64,000 nucleotides of DNA from Selaginella moellendorffii (GCF_000143415.4 NW_003314270.1:2411048-2475047), one strand, 5' to 3'; positions 1 through 12,318 are shown, counted from the stretch's first letter. Numbers and translations are program-made. The notes: generated from the sequence alone by a model not told the origin.

Positions 1-1741
1 ACATATATAGAGGCTGTAATATTGTACAATTGGTAATCTTTCACCCAAGAAACGTCTTCCATAGCCTTTTAGGTTGACAAAGATAAATGTCTCATAGACT
101 TTCTTGGTGAAGACTTTAAAACAAACTTACTTAATGATTTATGCATATTCTAGACTCCTTAGTTGATCCCACCAGCCTCTAATGGGATCAGCTCTTGAAG
201 CTTTGCTACAATTTGTTGTGAACATAAACCTTATGCCAACCAAATTGGTGCAATGTCTAAAAGTATTATTGGGTGGTGCCTAATGCATGGCTTATTTGCT
301 TTAAATTGCAATCACAAAGAAGATAATGTCAAACAAACTTCACTATCACATCTCTTTTATGATTCTAATCCGTTCCAATTTGCAAATGAAGGAATATCTA
401 TCTTGTCCTCATTGTTGATCTCTACACTACTATTGCTATCTACTATCATAAGTGCTATTCTCACTATTAGTTACAATCTACAATTGCTAGAACTGGTATG
501 GACATTATCTTTCATACAACAATTTATACATAACAACTTATTAGTTACCCCAACAATCAAGTAGAACCCTAATGGAGCCAACTCTGTTACATTGACAAAG
601 CCCTAGTAACCAATGATTGCCATGGTGCCAACATTCTGAAGGCCTAATTTGTAAAGAAATAAGAATATGTAAAAGTAGAAAAAGCACTAGCTCAAGCATA
701 TTATTTATAAGGTGAAACCTTGAGCCACTTTATGGAAAGATATTATGTATTATTTGATTCACACAACTTTTTATAATGATAATATTATGAAAATTGAATT
801 TAAGAAACTTATTGAACATTTTAAGATAGATTTTCAAGATGAAAAAGCTTTTATCAAGTATTTTAAGATAACTGGAAGGAGAAAGTTGGTAAGTAAATCA
901 TTATTTTAACATGTAAATTCTTTTTATTTGACAAATAAATCTGATAAGGTGTTCCATACCAATATACAAGCTAGTCTTTAGTTGGAGAGAAAAAAGGATA
1001 GATTATACAGTTTACCAATTTAATACTAAGTTTATGAGAAGTATTGCTTTACTAGTTATTATAAAGATCATGATTTTATTCAATTATAAATATGAAAAAC
1101 TAATTGTAGTGTAATTCTTAAAACAAAAACTGTTAACAACTCTCAAGTAAAATTCAACAAGGAAAATACTTATAAATTTATGTACAATCCTCTTCAAATC
1201 TAGCTATATGATATCTTATATTAAGATATGAAGAACATAGTGATTAAGCTTCTTCGACTTCTACAATAGAGGATTGTTTTTGCGTGTGGCAACATCAAGT
1301 TTATAAAGCTGCTCATGAAAGATTATGTTAATATATAGATAAGAAATTTACTAGATATGGTGAAATTATTTAGATGTACTTAATTATTAGTTGGTCAAGG
1401 AATTCTTTCCAATGGCAAATCTTTCAAATTCTATTGGAAATATTTTTATATTATAATGATATATAGGATTTATTTCATAGTGATTTGATACACCCAAGAA
1501 TATTATTAAGAGTTTTAGCATGTAACTAACTTTAAAAGGAAAGTTATTGCCACACAACTTTACATAAAGTACTAAGGTTACACTAGACTTACCAATACTT
1601 TTAGAACTATATTAAACAAGCCAAACTAATTTATCCATATTAATTTAAATGAAATAATGATAATTTAGGGTATCTAAAAGAAATAATATATTTTATAGCC
1701 AATTATATGCAAATATGTTTAACAAAATAAAACTCTAGGTA
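1..1741. repeat. AT-rich dispersed repeat, possibly a highly decayed DNA-transposon (MULE-like) remnant
   Basis: 1-965 aligns with about 50290-51181 (direct). About 1440-1741 aligns with about 43990-44260 (inverted). A weak 'FKIDFQDEKAFIKYFK..W' stretch near 820-880 recalls MULE transposase, but no ORF survives. Confidence 0.4.
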
Positions 1742-1916
1742 TGAGTGCATGGAATATGAAAGGAAATATAGAAAATGTGCATATCAATTAGCCCAAAAAC
1801 CTTAACTTATATACAAAAAAGCAAGTGGCCTGGATTGAAACCAATCCAATGGCTACCAAAATTGCACTATACTAATATTAATATATGCCATTATAGCTGT
1901 ACACTTGGACCTCATA
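1742..1916 (-). repeat. 3' LTR of family G element (175 bp)
   Basis: TGAGTGCATGG...ACCTCATA, a diverged match to 28218-28391. Confidence 0.85.
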
Positions 1917-2039
1917 TCATCCCCTCCTCTTGGAATAGTGGAAGGCCATTAAGATTCTCTTGTAGATGGGCCAGAATCTAGAGGAACGTTAAGAGGAGGC
2001 ATTGATGGATCTATAGGTGGTATTAGCTATTTCTGATCC

Positions 2040-4431
2040 CTTTATACAAAGCGTTTTAACATATGCACAATTTCTGGAGGATCGGTTTACTGGATGTTAT
2101 ACTGAACCTCATAAACTTGTGGTCTAATTTGACATAACACCCGATACGGTCCTTTCCACTAAGCAAAGAGCCCTTTAGATAAACCACGTATCATAAAATA
2201 GACTAACACCAAGTCATCCACTTTATACTCCGCAAGTGGATGATGATGGGAGTTGTAGCACTATTGTTGTCCCATTTATACGCAGCCTAAGCGTTCGGCA
2301 AACTCTGCTCAGACAAGTGAATGAATGCTTATCAAATATTGATCCCATGACCTAGCATCAGCAACTCGTAGCAATTGCGAAGGTAAACCTAGCTCTGTTG
2401 GTAATATTGGATTATGACCATATAAGAGTTTATATGGTGAAGCATTAATAAAACTCGGCACTCTTGTGACATATGCATACCGAAGAGATGGCAAATAACC
2501 ATCCCAATCTGAATGCTGAAAGTTCATGTACTTCGCAATCATCCCCTTCATGTCCGAACAAGCCATTTCACCAAACAGTTTGATTATGGATGATAAGCAC
2601 TCGTGAAAGTGTAGTGTATCCCCAACCAAAACATCAAAACATGAAATGCCTCAACCATAAATGTGGGACTATTATCCGAAAGAATCTGCTCTGGACAAGA
2701 ATGCTGGAACACCACTCGATTGAGGAAAAAGTATACAACAACAGTTGTAAAGGCGCTAGCAAGAGCACCAACTTCCACCCAACGAGTCAAGTAGTCAGAA
2801 GCAATAATAACATACTCATTGCCAATAGTCGATCGTGGAAAAAGTCCTATAAGATCAAATGCCACCAACTCAAATGGATGGGAAACTACAATTGACTTAA
2901 ACCATCTTTCCGCAGCACGAGGAGGAGTATTACAAACTTGACAACAAATGTAGTTACACACATACCAGATAATATTGTGTCACATATATAGCTAATAGAA
3001 AGACCTGTGCAACTTTTCAATCACACGATGATGTCCCATATGCCCACCTAGAACATGAGAATCATGGTAGGCATGAAGAAACCATGGAATAAAGATTGAA
3101 GGCACCATTAACCGTAAATGATCATCAGGATCTGTCCCCATAAAATAAAAAAGGCCATCTTCAAGGTGATATTGAGATGTAAATGCCAGAATGGCAAGTC
3201 ATCACCAAGTGATGCAAGATTTTTAAACCCTTCTTGAAACCTTTGAATCCACAACTCAATATCTTGAGCTTTATGAACCTCATCAAGAGAAGGTAGGTCT
3301 TGCTCTATACCTTATGGACATTGAAAGTCAAGTATAACAACCATTGATGGCACAAAATCCTTGTCTAGAAAATCCACAAATGCCAGAACAATAAGCTCGT
3401 TAGAAACATGAGAAAAGAGTGAAGAAGGAAGAGGAGTTTGGGAAAGGGCATCAACACCAGCCATAGAACTCCTCGAGCAATGAATAACATCAAAATCATA
3501 TATCTGAAGCTTTAAAGCCCACCTAACAATATGACTAATTAGGTTCTTTCGTTTCAATAATGAAGTAACAATAGCATGATCACCTTTTAGTAATGTCCGA
3601 GAACCATGTAGATATGCATGAAGTTTCTCGAAACCCCAGACTTGCCTTTGGAAGCGCTGCACATCATTCACACATTTTGGAGTAGGGAACTTTAAAACAG
3701 CCACAAGTTTGTTAGGATTATCTTGCAAACCCTAATGAGAAATATGGTACCCAAGATAAGTCGTGTCCTTGTGTAAGCCACAAATTTTTCCTTTCTAATT
3801 TGCTAGTTTACCTCGTCTATCCGACCAATACTACTTTGGCCTTTACTAAGTTCCCTTGCTAAGGTTCCCACCTATTGCACCAGCTCCTACTTGGTCCTAT
3901 TTGGTTTTAACTACTCATTGCACGAGCAATGGAGTGTTAGCCATCCGTCCCGAGAGTTTGGACTTCTTGGGAGCTTACACCTTGGACTCAAACATGCACT
4001 TCAATTGCTTCAACTTTAAACTAACGTCCTGTAGCTGATCCAACACTTTACAAATATCACGGATGTGCTCCTCCCACATCCCCTCCGAGTGAATGAAGAC
4101 ATCATCAATGAAGTTAATAGTCACCTTTGGTATATCGTAAAGAATTTCATCTATCATCCACTGGAAAGTTTTTGCAACATTTTTTAAACCAAAAGGCATT
4201 ACTAAGAACTTGTACAAACCAAACGATATACGAAAAATAGTTTTAGGAATATCTTCTTTGGCCATCAGTATTTGCCAATATCTAGAAGCAAGATCTAACT
4301 TGGTGAACCAACGATTTCTTCCCAGACGATCCAAGAGATTAGTAGTGTGAGGAAGAGGGTACATATATGGGATCGTCACTTCATTTAACGGACAATAGTC
4401 AATACAAAAACGAATGCTCCTATTAGCCTTC
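2040..4431 (-). pseudogene. pol: Degenerate Gypsy pol (RT, RNase H, integrase) of family G
   Basis: Fragments: RT 'IRFCIDY', 'FTKLDLASRYWQI', 'MPFGLKN', 'FIDDVFI'; RNase H/connection 'RWALKLQIYDFDVIH...VDALS'; IN 'PFELVAFDLIG', 'DYLTRWVE', 'ILSDNSPTF', 'TSAYHP'. Many stops and frameshifts. Confidence 0.9.
3772..3979. mobile_element. 208-bp solo mini-LTR inserted in family G pol
   Basis: Termini TGTAAGC...GCTTACA. Perfect 5-bp TSD CCTTG (3767-3771 and 3980-3984). The first ~170 bp are homologous to the family B LTR end at 26356. Confidence 0.9.
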
Positions 4432-4533
4432 TATAAGCCAAAAATTTTTCCTTTCCAATTCAGTTTACCTCGTTTATTCGACCAACACCGCCTTGGCTTT
4501 AGCTAAGTTCCCTTGCCAAGGTTCCCACCTATT

Positions 4534-6364
4534 TGTAAGCGACTAAATTTTCCATTCTACTTTAGTCACTTAACCACACCTCTGACCACTTGGAGGAGTT
4601 TCATTCACAATCTCCATAAGTCCAATTCAGGACTTGGGACTTGCTATCCCCAAGAATGGCATCCATGCCACTCAACCCTTGCACCTGGTCCAAGTGCTCC
4701 AAGTGTCCGATCCCATCACCGACACTCAAAGGTACCACTGACATAGCAGCCTATTATGCTAAGGCCATGCCCAATCACCTTTGCCGCATTGGTAGTCCAA
4801 TACCACTTGCAACACAGTCTTGTCTCTCCAAGACTGGGCCAACCATCCGTGAGTGGTCATTCCAGATCCACTCCTTAGCATCCTTAGGATGCCCACCGAT
4901 AAAGGGAATAGCCTTCCCCAATATCCCTTTATTAATCCCCACTAAGTCCCTTTTTGCCCTTGGCCGTGTTTGCCAACACTGCCACTGGATTGAGGCCCAC
5001 AGGCTTGACCACTAAGTCCCATGGTCCTCTGGGACTTCCTCGCCACGTGACCATATCCTTGGCCACCACACCAAAGGACTGCTCCTTTTCCTTTCCACAG
5101 TTTGGGACTTGGGGACAACACTTCGGAACACCGGCCTTACGCGAGCCACCTGGGTACTCTCCCCGCCTTCCGTCTTTGGGTGCTCTAGCCATGGGCTTGG
5201 AGCGAGGTTTCGTTGAGCCACGCCTGGTATCCAAGTAAGTAGTGCCACCCACACTTGGACTGGGAGCATCGGCTAGTCGATCTTCCGGGGGAACTAGAGC
5301 CGGCTCTTGAATACTTCACCAAACTACCCCGCTTGTCGGTCCGTATTCACTCTAGTCTTGGACTTCCTAGTGGTCAGTTCATCACCAAACACTGGGTCTG
5401 GCCCTTCCTGGGCCAAACTAGCCTTTCCTGGCCAAACTGGCTCCCTTACTATACTTTTGGAGCTCACCAAACCCCCCAGGGTCTGGGAGACGAACGCTTT
5501 GGGCTTTCACCCTCTCAGACTCGAACTCGGACTCGGACTCGGACTCGGACTCGGACTCGGACTTGGACTCGGGCTCAGACTCGGACTTGGACTCAGACTC
5601 GGACTCGGACTCGGACTCGGGCTCGGTCTCGGCCTCCGCCTTAGTCTCGGTCTCGGTCTTGGTCTCGGGCTCGGTCTCGGTCTCGGTCTCGGTCCCGGTC
5701 CCGGTCTCGGTCTCGGTCTTGGTCCCGGTCTCGGTCTCGACCTCAGACTTCATCTCGGGTCCTTCTCGGACTCCATCTTGGATTCCATCTCAGGTCCATC
5801 TCAAACTCCATCTCGGACTCCGTCTCGGTCCATCTCGGACTCCATCTCGGACTCCACTTCGGACTCCATCTCGGACTCCACTTCGGACTCCATCTCGGAC
5901 TCCATCTCGGGTCCATCTCGGACTCCATCTTGGACTCCGTCTCGGTCCATCTCGGACTCCATCTCAGACTCCATCTCGGTCCATCTCAAACTCCGTCTCG
6001 GACTCCGTCTCAGTCCATCTTGGACTCCATTTCGGACTCCACTTCGGACTCCATCTCGGACTCCATCTCGGACTCCATTTCGGACTCCGTCTCGGTCCAT
6101 CTCGGACTCCATCTCGGACTCCACCTCGGACACTTCCACGTGTCATGTGTTGGTCCTTTTTGGGTCCCTTTTTGGAGCCTCGCTTATTGCTCGCTTCGTG
6201 CTTGTTCCTCGAGCACTTTGTTGGGAGTTCCACTCCCGCTCTCGACCTTTAAGGTCGGAGCTTTTAGTCCAAACGTGTTACGCTCGTTTGGCTTTCACTT
6301 CAGCCACTACCACGTGGCACCCTTTCCAGCTCTACTGTGGGGCCTAGGGATTTTGTGTCTCACA
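4534..6364 (-). repeat. 3' LTR of A1 (1831 bp)
   Basis: Matches 21806-23617 and is adjacent to the PPT. Confidence 0.9.
5515..6131. repeat. Compound tandem array (GACTCG)n-(GTCTCG)n-(GGACTCCATCTC)n within family-A LTR
   Basis: Directly visible. Equivalent arrays at about 6725-7252, 12548-13078, 13873-14228, 22805-23383, 24480-24770, 52897-53538, 55262-55747 and 63699-64000. Confidence 0.95.
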
Positions 6365-7261
6365 ACTCCACCACCCATAGACGAAGTTCGATGTCCTCAT
6401 CGAACGATAAACTATTTTATAAAGTAACACCACTACGTATTACCCTTTCCATTTTTGGCACCTCGCCAACATTCGTCAATGGTTTGATACCGATGTGAGA
6501 CACAAAATCCCTAGGCCCCAAAGTGGAGCCGGAAGGGGGCCACATGGGAGTGGGCGAAGCTAGAGGCAAACCAGCGTAACACGTTTGGACCAAAAGCTCC
6601 GACTTGGAAAGTCAAGAGCGCCAGTGGAACTCCCAACGAAGTGCTCGAGGAACGAGCACGAAGCGAGCAAAAGGCGAGGCTCCAAAAAGGGACCCAAAAG
6701 GACCAACACATGACACGTGGGAGTGTCCGAGATGGACTCGAGTTGGAGTCCGAAGTGGAGTCCGAGGTGGACCCGAGATGGACCCGAGTTGGAGTCCGAA
6801 GTGGAGTCCGAGATGGACCCGAGATGGAGTCCGAGATGGAGTCCGAGATGGAGTCCGAGGTGGACCCGAGATGGACCCGAGTTGGAGTCCGAAGTGGAGT
6901 CCGAGATGGACCCGAGATGGAGTCCGAGATGGAGTCCGAGATGGAGTCCGAGGTGGACCCGAGATGGACCCGAAATGGAGTCCGAGATGGAGTCCGAGAT
7001 GGACCCGAGATGGAGTCCGAGATGGAGTCCGAGATGGACCCGAGATGGACCCGAGATGGAGTCCGAGATGGAGTCCGAAATGGAGTCCGAGATGGAGTCC
7101 GAAGTCGAGACCGAGACCGGGACCGAGACCGAGACCGAGACCGAGATCGGGAACGAGACCGAGACCGAGGCCGAGGCCGAGGCCGAGGCCGAGCCCGAGT
7201 CCGAGTCCGAATCCGAGTCCGAGTCCGAGTCCGAGTCCGAGTCCGAGTCCGGAGCCTGAGA

Positions 7262-7330
7262 GGGTGAAAGCCCAAAGCGTTCGTCTCCCAGACCCTGGGG
7301 GGTTTGGTGAGCTCCAAAAGTATAGTAGGG
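7262..7330 (+). promoter_or_regulatory. Putative LTR core promoter: GGGTGAAAGCCCAAAGCGT - G-tract - CCAAAAGTATAGTAGGG
   Basis: Site-II-like AAGCCCA followed by a TATA-like box. The same arrangement occurs in the unrelated family D LTR (42958-43017, 51729-51808). Confidence 0.55.
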
Positions 7331-8259
7331 GGAGGACTGCAGTGGAGCCAGTTTGGCCAGGAAAGGCCAGTTTGGCCCAGGAAGGCCAGACCCAGTGTTG
7401 GGTGATGAACTGACCACTGGGAAGTCCAAGACTAGAGTGAATACGGACCGACAAGCGGGGTAGCTTGGTGAAGTGTTCAAGAGCCGGCTCTAGTTCCCCC
7501 GGGAGATCGACTGGCCGATGCTCCCAGTCCAAGTGTGGGTGGCACTACCTACTTGGATACCAGGCGTGGCTCAACGGAACCTCGCTCTAAGCCCATGGCT
7601 AGAGCACCTAAAGGCGATAGGTGGGGAGAGTACCCAGGTGGCTCGCGTAAGGCCACGGTGTTCCGAAATGTCGTCCCAAAGGCCCAGACTGTGGAAAGGA
7701 AGAGGAGCAGTCCTCTGGGGTAGTGACCAAGGACACAGTCGTGTGGTGAGGAAGTCCCAGAGGACCGTGGGACTTAGTGGTCGGGCCTGTGGGCCTCGAT
7801 CCAGTGGCAGTGTTGGCAAACACGGCCAGGGGCAGAAAGGGACTTGGTAGGAACTGACAAAGGGACTTTGGGGAAGGCGATTCCCCAGGTCTGTGGGCAT
7901 CCTAAGGATGCTAAGGAGTGGATCCAGGATGACCCCTCGTAGACAGATGGCCTAGTCTTGGAGAGACGGGATGGTGATGCAAGTGGTATTGGACCATTTG
8001 CGCAGCAAAGGTGAATGGGCATGGCCTTAGCGTAACGGGCCGAGATGTCAGTGATACCTTGGGTTGTCGATCATGGGATCGGACACGTGGAGCACTTGGA
8101 CCGAGTGCTAAGGGTGAGTGGCATGGATGCCATTCTCGGGGCTAGCAAGCCCCCAAGTCCTGAGTTGGACTTATGGAGGTTGTCAATGAGACTCCTCCAA
8201 GTGGTCAGAGGTGTGGTTAAGTGACTAAAGTAAAATGGAAAATTTAGTCGCTTACAACT

Positions 8260-8271
8260 TGGTATCGGAGC
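8260..8271 (+). promoter_or_regulatory. Primer-binding site complementary to initiator tRNA-Met
   Basis: TGGTATCGGAGC 3 nt after the LTR end; the canonical plant Met PBS is TGGTATCAGAGC. Confidence 0.9.
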
Positions 8272-10619
8272 TGTTCCTTAGTCCGACTTTTATTGGTGCT
8301 CAAGTATATCACCACTAGTGTTGGCATCGGAAGGTCCGAGGAGTGGGCCTATCCTTGAGGAGTAGCAAGTCGGGAAGACATGGCTCTCCATTACAGTTCA
8401 TGTGTGAACTTGTAGACGAGGTGGTGGATAGAAAAGTGCCAATAATGGAACGACTTTGGGATCTTGGGAACAGTGCAAGGTTTTCCTCATTGAGTTGAGG
8501 ATGTGATCCAGATGAGCATTTGTCTCAGCAAATTGGCTAAGGTTGTTGTGGTAAACAACTAAAGTTGGGATCACGGGAAAGATAAAGACTCCAAAACAAT
8601 AAAGGAGTCACAAGATTATCCTCATATAGTTGAGGTTGGTGCTCATGAATGTGAGACCAAAGGTAATGACCGTGGAAGGTCAAATACGGAAGAGGACTCA
8701 AGTCCTTGAAATGGTAGCCGGGGCTACCTCTAATAAATGCTGGAACAACCCAAGGAGTTGGGGGTGTATTAAGTGGATGAGTTGGTGTTCTCATCACATG
8801 GACAAGTAGTCCTAAGGGGCAAATGTTGCCCCCAGAGAACAAAATCAAGTGTCGGAGTAACACTTGTGAAAATAGTCCTTTTGAGTAGGACAGGAATGCA
8901 AGAAGTGTATTCCAATGAGCTAGTGCCTCACAAGTAGGACCTTATGGGTCTGTGGATTAACCAAGTCCAAAACTGCTGGATGACTCAAGTAGAGTCAACG
9001 GATGGTCCTAAAAAGACTGATGGAAGCATTTGACTGAGGTGTGTTGTACCCCACAAAGGATGGGGGGGGGGATCATAGGATCCAAGGATGAGAACAGAGG
9101 GTATCTCATCAATGGCAAAATAGGCCATGCTAAAGTTATGGGAAAGGTGTTCCCAGAAGAAAACAACTCTGACATAAAGTTGTGTGTGACCTCTATGGTG
9201 CAGTGCTAACGGATGGTTGGCATGAGAAAGAGCGGTGTTGGTCTTGGCAAAGACTTAGACACAAAGGGGAAATGTCATAGAGGTAGGCTCGTGGAGCCGA
9301 TGGTGTGGAGACACCAAATGTGCCAAGGTGTGATACCTTGAGGCTATGTTGGTGGGTTCATGAGAACCCCTTGCCAAAGGAATCCCAATGGAAATGGGAA
9401 TAGCATAGCCTAAGCTGCAGAGCATGCAATTGGAGTGTGGACCCAGATAATGATGGAGGTGTGAAAGCACCAAGCAATGAGTTGTAGGACTTGACAACTA
9501 TGAGGCAACTAAGCAAGAGGTGCAAAATAACTGGTTAAACGGGTAGAAGGTAGCTACCCAAGACTTCTTAATAGCATAAGGAAGTTGGATATACCCTTAC
9601 GGGGGATAAGTTGCTTGTGTTCTGATATAGTAAGTCAATGTCATAAAAGGAAATACTCATTGTCAAGAAAGCCATCATTGGGACACCCGAACACTCTAGA
9701 ACACCAGAAGGTGGTGTTTGATGTCGCGAGGGCAATAGATAAAGCCCAAGGGACTAAGTCCCTAGCGAATGATGGATAGAAGGTGCTATCCAAATGTCCA
9801 AGGTTGCGGAGACAGGAGAGGACTGTCTACCCAAGTTGGACAAAGCCAAAAATGGAATTTTGGCAAGGCTAGTGATGGGCGTGTAAAGGCCCATAAGCAA
9901 CAATGTAACCCCAGTGTGTGGGATTATAAGCTGAGCATACCCGGATTGAGGAACCACTCCCTGGGCTATTGGGTAGGTTCATCCCTAAGAATACTTGCTA
10001 GGGCATGATAGAAAGTGCAAAGCTATCCTCCTGGTCTGGAGGAGAATGACCGAAGGAAAGGTGTGAAGCCAAAGGCAAGTAGTGTTGGGATGGAACTGAA
10101 CCATAGAAATCAAAGGGCATATCCAACAGTGGTTATGAAAGTTGGGAGTGGAGAATCAAGAGGGTGCTCGAGGATGTTGTTGCTAGCAACCGTGATGCCA
10201 TGGAGAGTCTAAAATATGGAATTGTCCATGTTAGACTATATGGCAACTATAAAGCTTGCGAAAGGGGAGGCTTTAGCAAGCTGAGGGACAGAGTTCCTTC
10301 AAGGTTCCCAAAGATGATTCTAGGTAGCGTAGTACCTAGAAAGGCCAAGTGTAAATGGTTCATGGAACGCGCGAAATCAGAGTGGCGCAGCAGAAGCGTG
10401 GTCTTGAAGCTTGCCATGAGGCAAGGTTATCAAGGTTAGGGAAGTAGTTCCTGAGTGTTCAAAGAGAGGGCTTTGAACGAAAGTCGATGGTCAAGGACTT
10501 TCACGCTTATGCAGGAACCATGTTACAATGGTCGGAGGACTCGCCAAGTGAGATTGGCACGTCGGGGGAACAAAGACCCTAGTTGAAGGTGATATCTTCA
10601 AAAAGGGTGGGCCAGGGGA

Positions 10620-11230
10620 CCGAGCATGGAGGAGTCCATGCATGATCACAGACATGTCAAGTGAGAGGACTTGGCAGTGTGGAGGAACTACGTTCCTAAG
10701 CTGTGATCTGTAGCGCGCTTTAAAAATAGGGTTGTGCACCGGCGTGGGGAGTCACGCCAGGCATCCTGGGTGATGCCGTCTGTAGATGCATATACGGAGG
10801 TTGGGTTCGAGTCCCGACCCTCTAGTGCTTGGGTTCGAGTCCCAAATCACTAGGGCGTGGTGATGGTTTGGAATATGAGGACACTCATATTTCGGTGGTC
10901 ATGGACTCTCAGTGGGGAGACTGGTTTGGGCACACCGCCAAGCGAGGGATGCCTCGGAGTCGTGATGCACGGTTAGATTGCTTAGAGTGAAAGCTCGGCA
11001 TATCTAACTTGAACGCTTTGGTGCAAGTGGCACCAAGGTCGTGGTGAGTGAGATGGGGACACCTAATCTCAGTTGCTATGAACCCTTGGCCGTAAGGGCT
11101 AGCTTGGGTGCACCGCCAAGTGTGGGGGATGCCCCCGGGGTTATAGTCAACAACTTGGAGGTCTAGAAGACCAAGTACCTCTTGGCAACTCTGTTAAGGT
11201 GCCAAGGTGAGATCACTAGGTGATCTTATG
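10620..11230 (+). ncRNA. Candidate conserved structured RNA domain in family-A internal region
   Basis: Consecutive hairpins: GCATGGA/TCCATGC, GGCGTG/CACGCC, GGCATC/GATGCC, TCYGTA/TACGGA, two T-arm-like GGGTTCGAGTCCC, AATATGAG/CTCATATT, GTTAGAT/ATCTAAC, AGATCAC/GTGATCT. Conserved in 3 other copies in the window. Expression and function not shown. Confidence 0.5.
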
Positions 11231-12318
11231 GCCAGATAAGGACAAGGTCCTTGGTTGGCTAAGGAATGAAGTTCCTGGTTCTAAATGTTGAAATTGAACT
11301 GTTTAAGATGGTATGGCTTGGTTGTGATGACCAAGTGGGAAGAGCACCTAAGGGAAATAAACTATGTCCGTCCGATGGCATAGTGAGTCCGAGGAAAGTA
11401 GTCTCTATAAAAGACCCATGGGAAGGTCACGAAGTTGGGCCATGGATAGAGCCCATAGCAGAAGATGCTAAAGAGACGTACTAGGGGTGAACATCCTCCG
11501 GACTTGGCAAAGAAGAGTCTTTGCTATGGAACTGAAAGGAAACCTCAAAAATGGAGGTAGCGATCCTATGTTGCTTGGTGCAACAATCCAAGGATAGGAG
11601 CAAAAGATGAGTGCCCAAGATAGGGCCATGGAATCCATTGGAAAGAATCCAAGTGGCAAAGTTAGCCAAGGAACACTAAGGCGGTTGATGCTAACGGATT
11701 GCGGAAAAAGAAGTGGACTTCCAAGGATGGATTCCCAAGTGCTCCAATTTGGTGAAGGAAAAGCTCCAAGTGAGGGAGCAACTAAGTAGCCAAAAGATAG
11801 GGCCGTGGACAGCCCTAGCACAAATAATGATAAATGGAACGTAATGCCAATGGTGGCACAAAAATAGAAAAGAGGATGAGGGTGCCCTCGAGTAGAGAAC
11901 TTCCTAGGAGGGGAAGTGGAGTTGCACAAAATGTGCAAGGCAAGGTGTCGGAGACACCTAGAAAATTGACTTCGAGAAGTCAAAAGTAAACGTTCCAAAG
12001 TGCAAAGGTAGATCAATGGAATCTGTGACTACTCAAGAATGAGTAGTGGAATTGAGTTAGAGAGGGTGCCTCTAACGGGTTTAGCGAGAACTAAACCAAT
12101 AAACGGAAAGAACCACCCCAAGTGGTCCAACCAGTTTCTAAGTTGGAGAGACTATCTTCCTTAGAGGATGGACAAGGCATGGTGAGCCTTCGGGGTAAAA
12201 CCATAGACAAATATTGGCCGGGTGCCAAGGATGGGAATGGTAATACCTGCGAGTGTTACTTTATAAAAGGGTTTACCGTTCGATGAGGACATCGAACTTC
12301 GTCTATGGGTGGTGGAGT

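Noticed and set aside
253-564. 103-aa ORF in the AT-rich repeat
   Set aside because: The frame is broken in the second copy (about 50545-50840) and has no recognisable motif
6535-6630. Cluster of differences between the A2 5' and 3' LTRs as evidence of age or selection
   Set aside because: Scattered transversions confined to about 100 bp of otherwise near-identical LTRs look like low-quality base calls
6725-7252. CRISPR-like or telomeric array
   Set aside because: Contiguous tandem units with no unique spacers, no cas genes, and not TTTAGGG
5255-7532. Long ORFs (200-360 aa) of SR/GL/ES/RD repeats here and at 12.3-14.5, 22.5-23.5, 52.7-53.8 and 55.0-56.0 kb
   Set aside because: They are open in several frames on both strands because the LTR arrays have 6/12-bp stop-free units, and frames differ between copies; not credible genes
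10797-10853. tRNA gene or tRNA-derived SINE
   Set aside because: Only T-arm-like hairpins; no D-arm, anticodon arm, acceptor stem, clear A-box or poly-A/T tail
8257-12318. Short ORFs recurring between family-A interiors (e.g. 8537-8863 and 59424-59750)
   Set aside because: Recurrence reflects recent DNA identity. Many use non-ATG starts, have no protein motifs, and are broken in A1.
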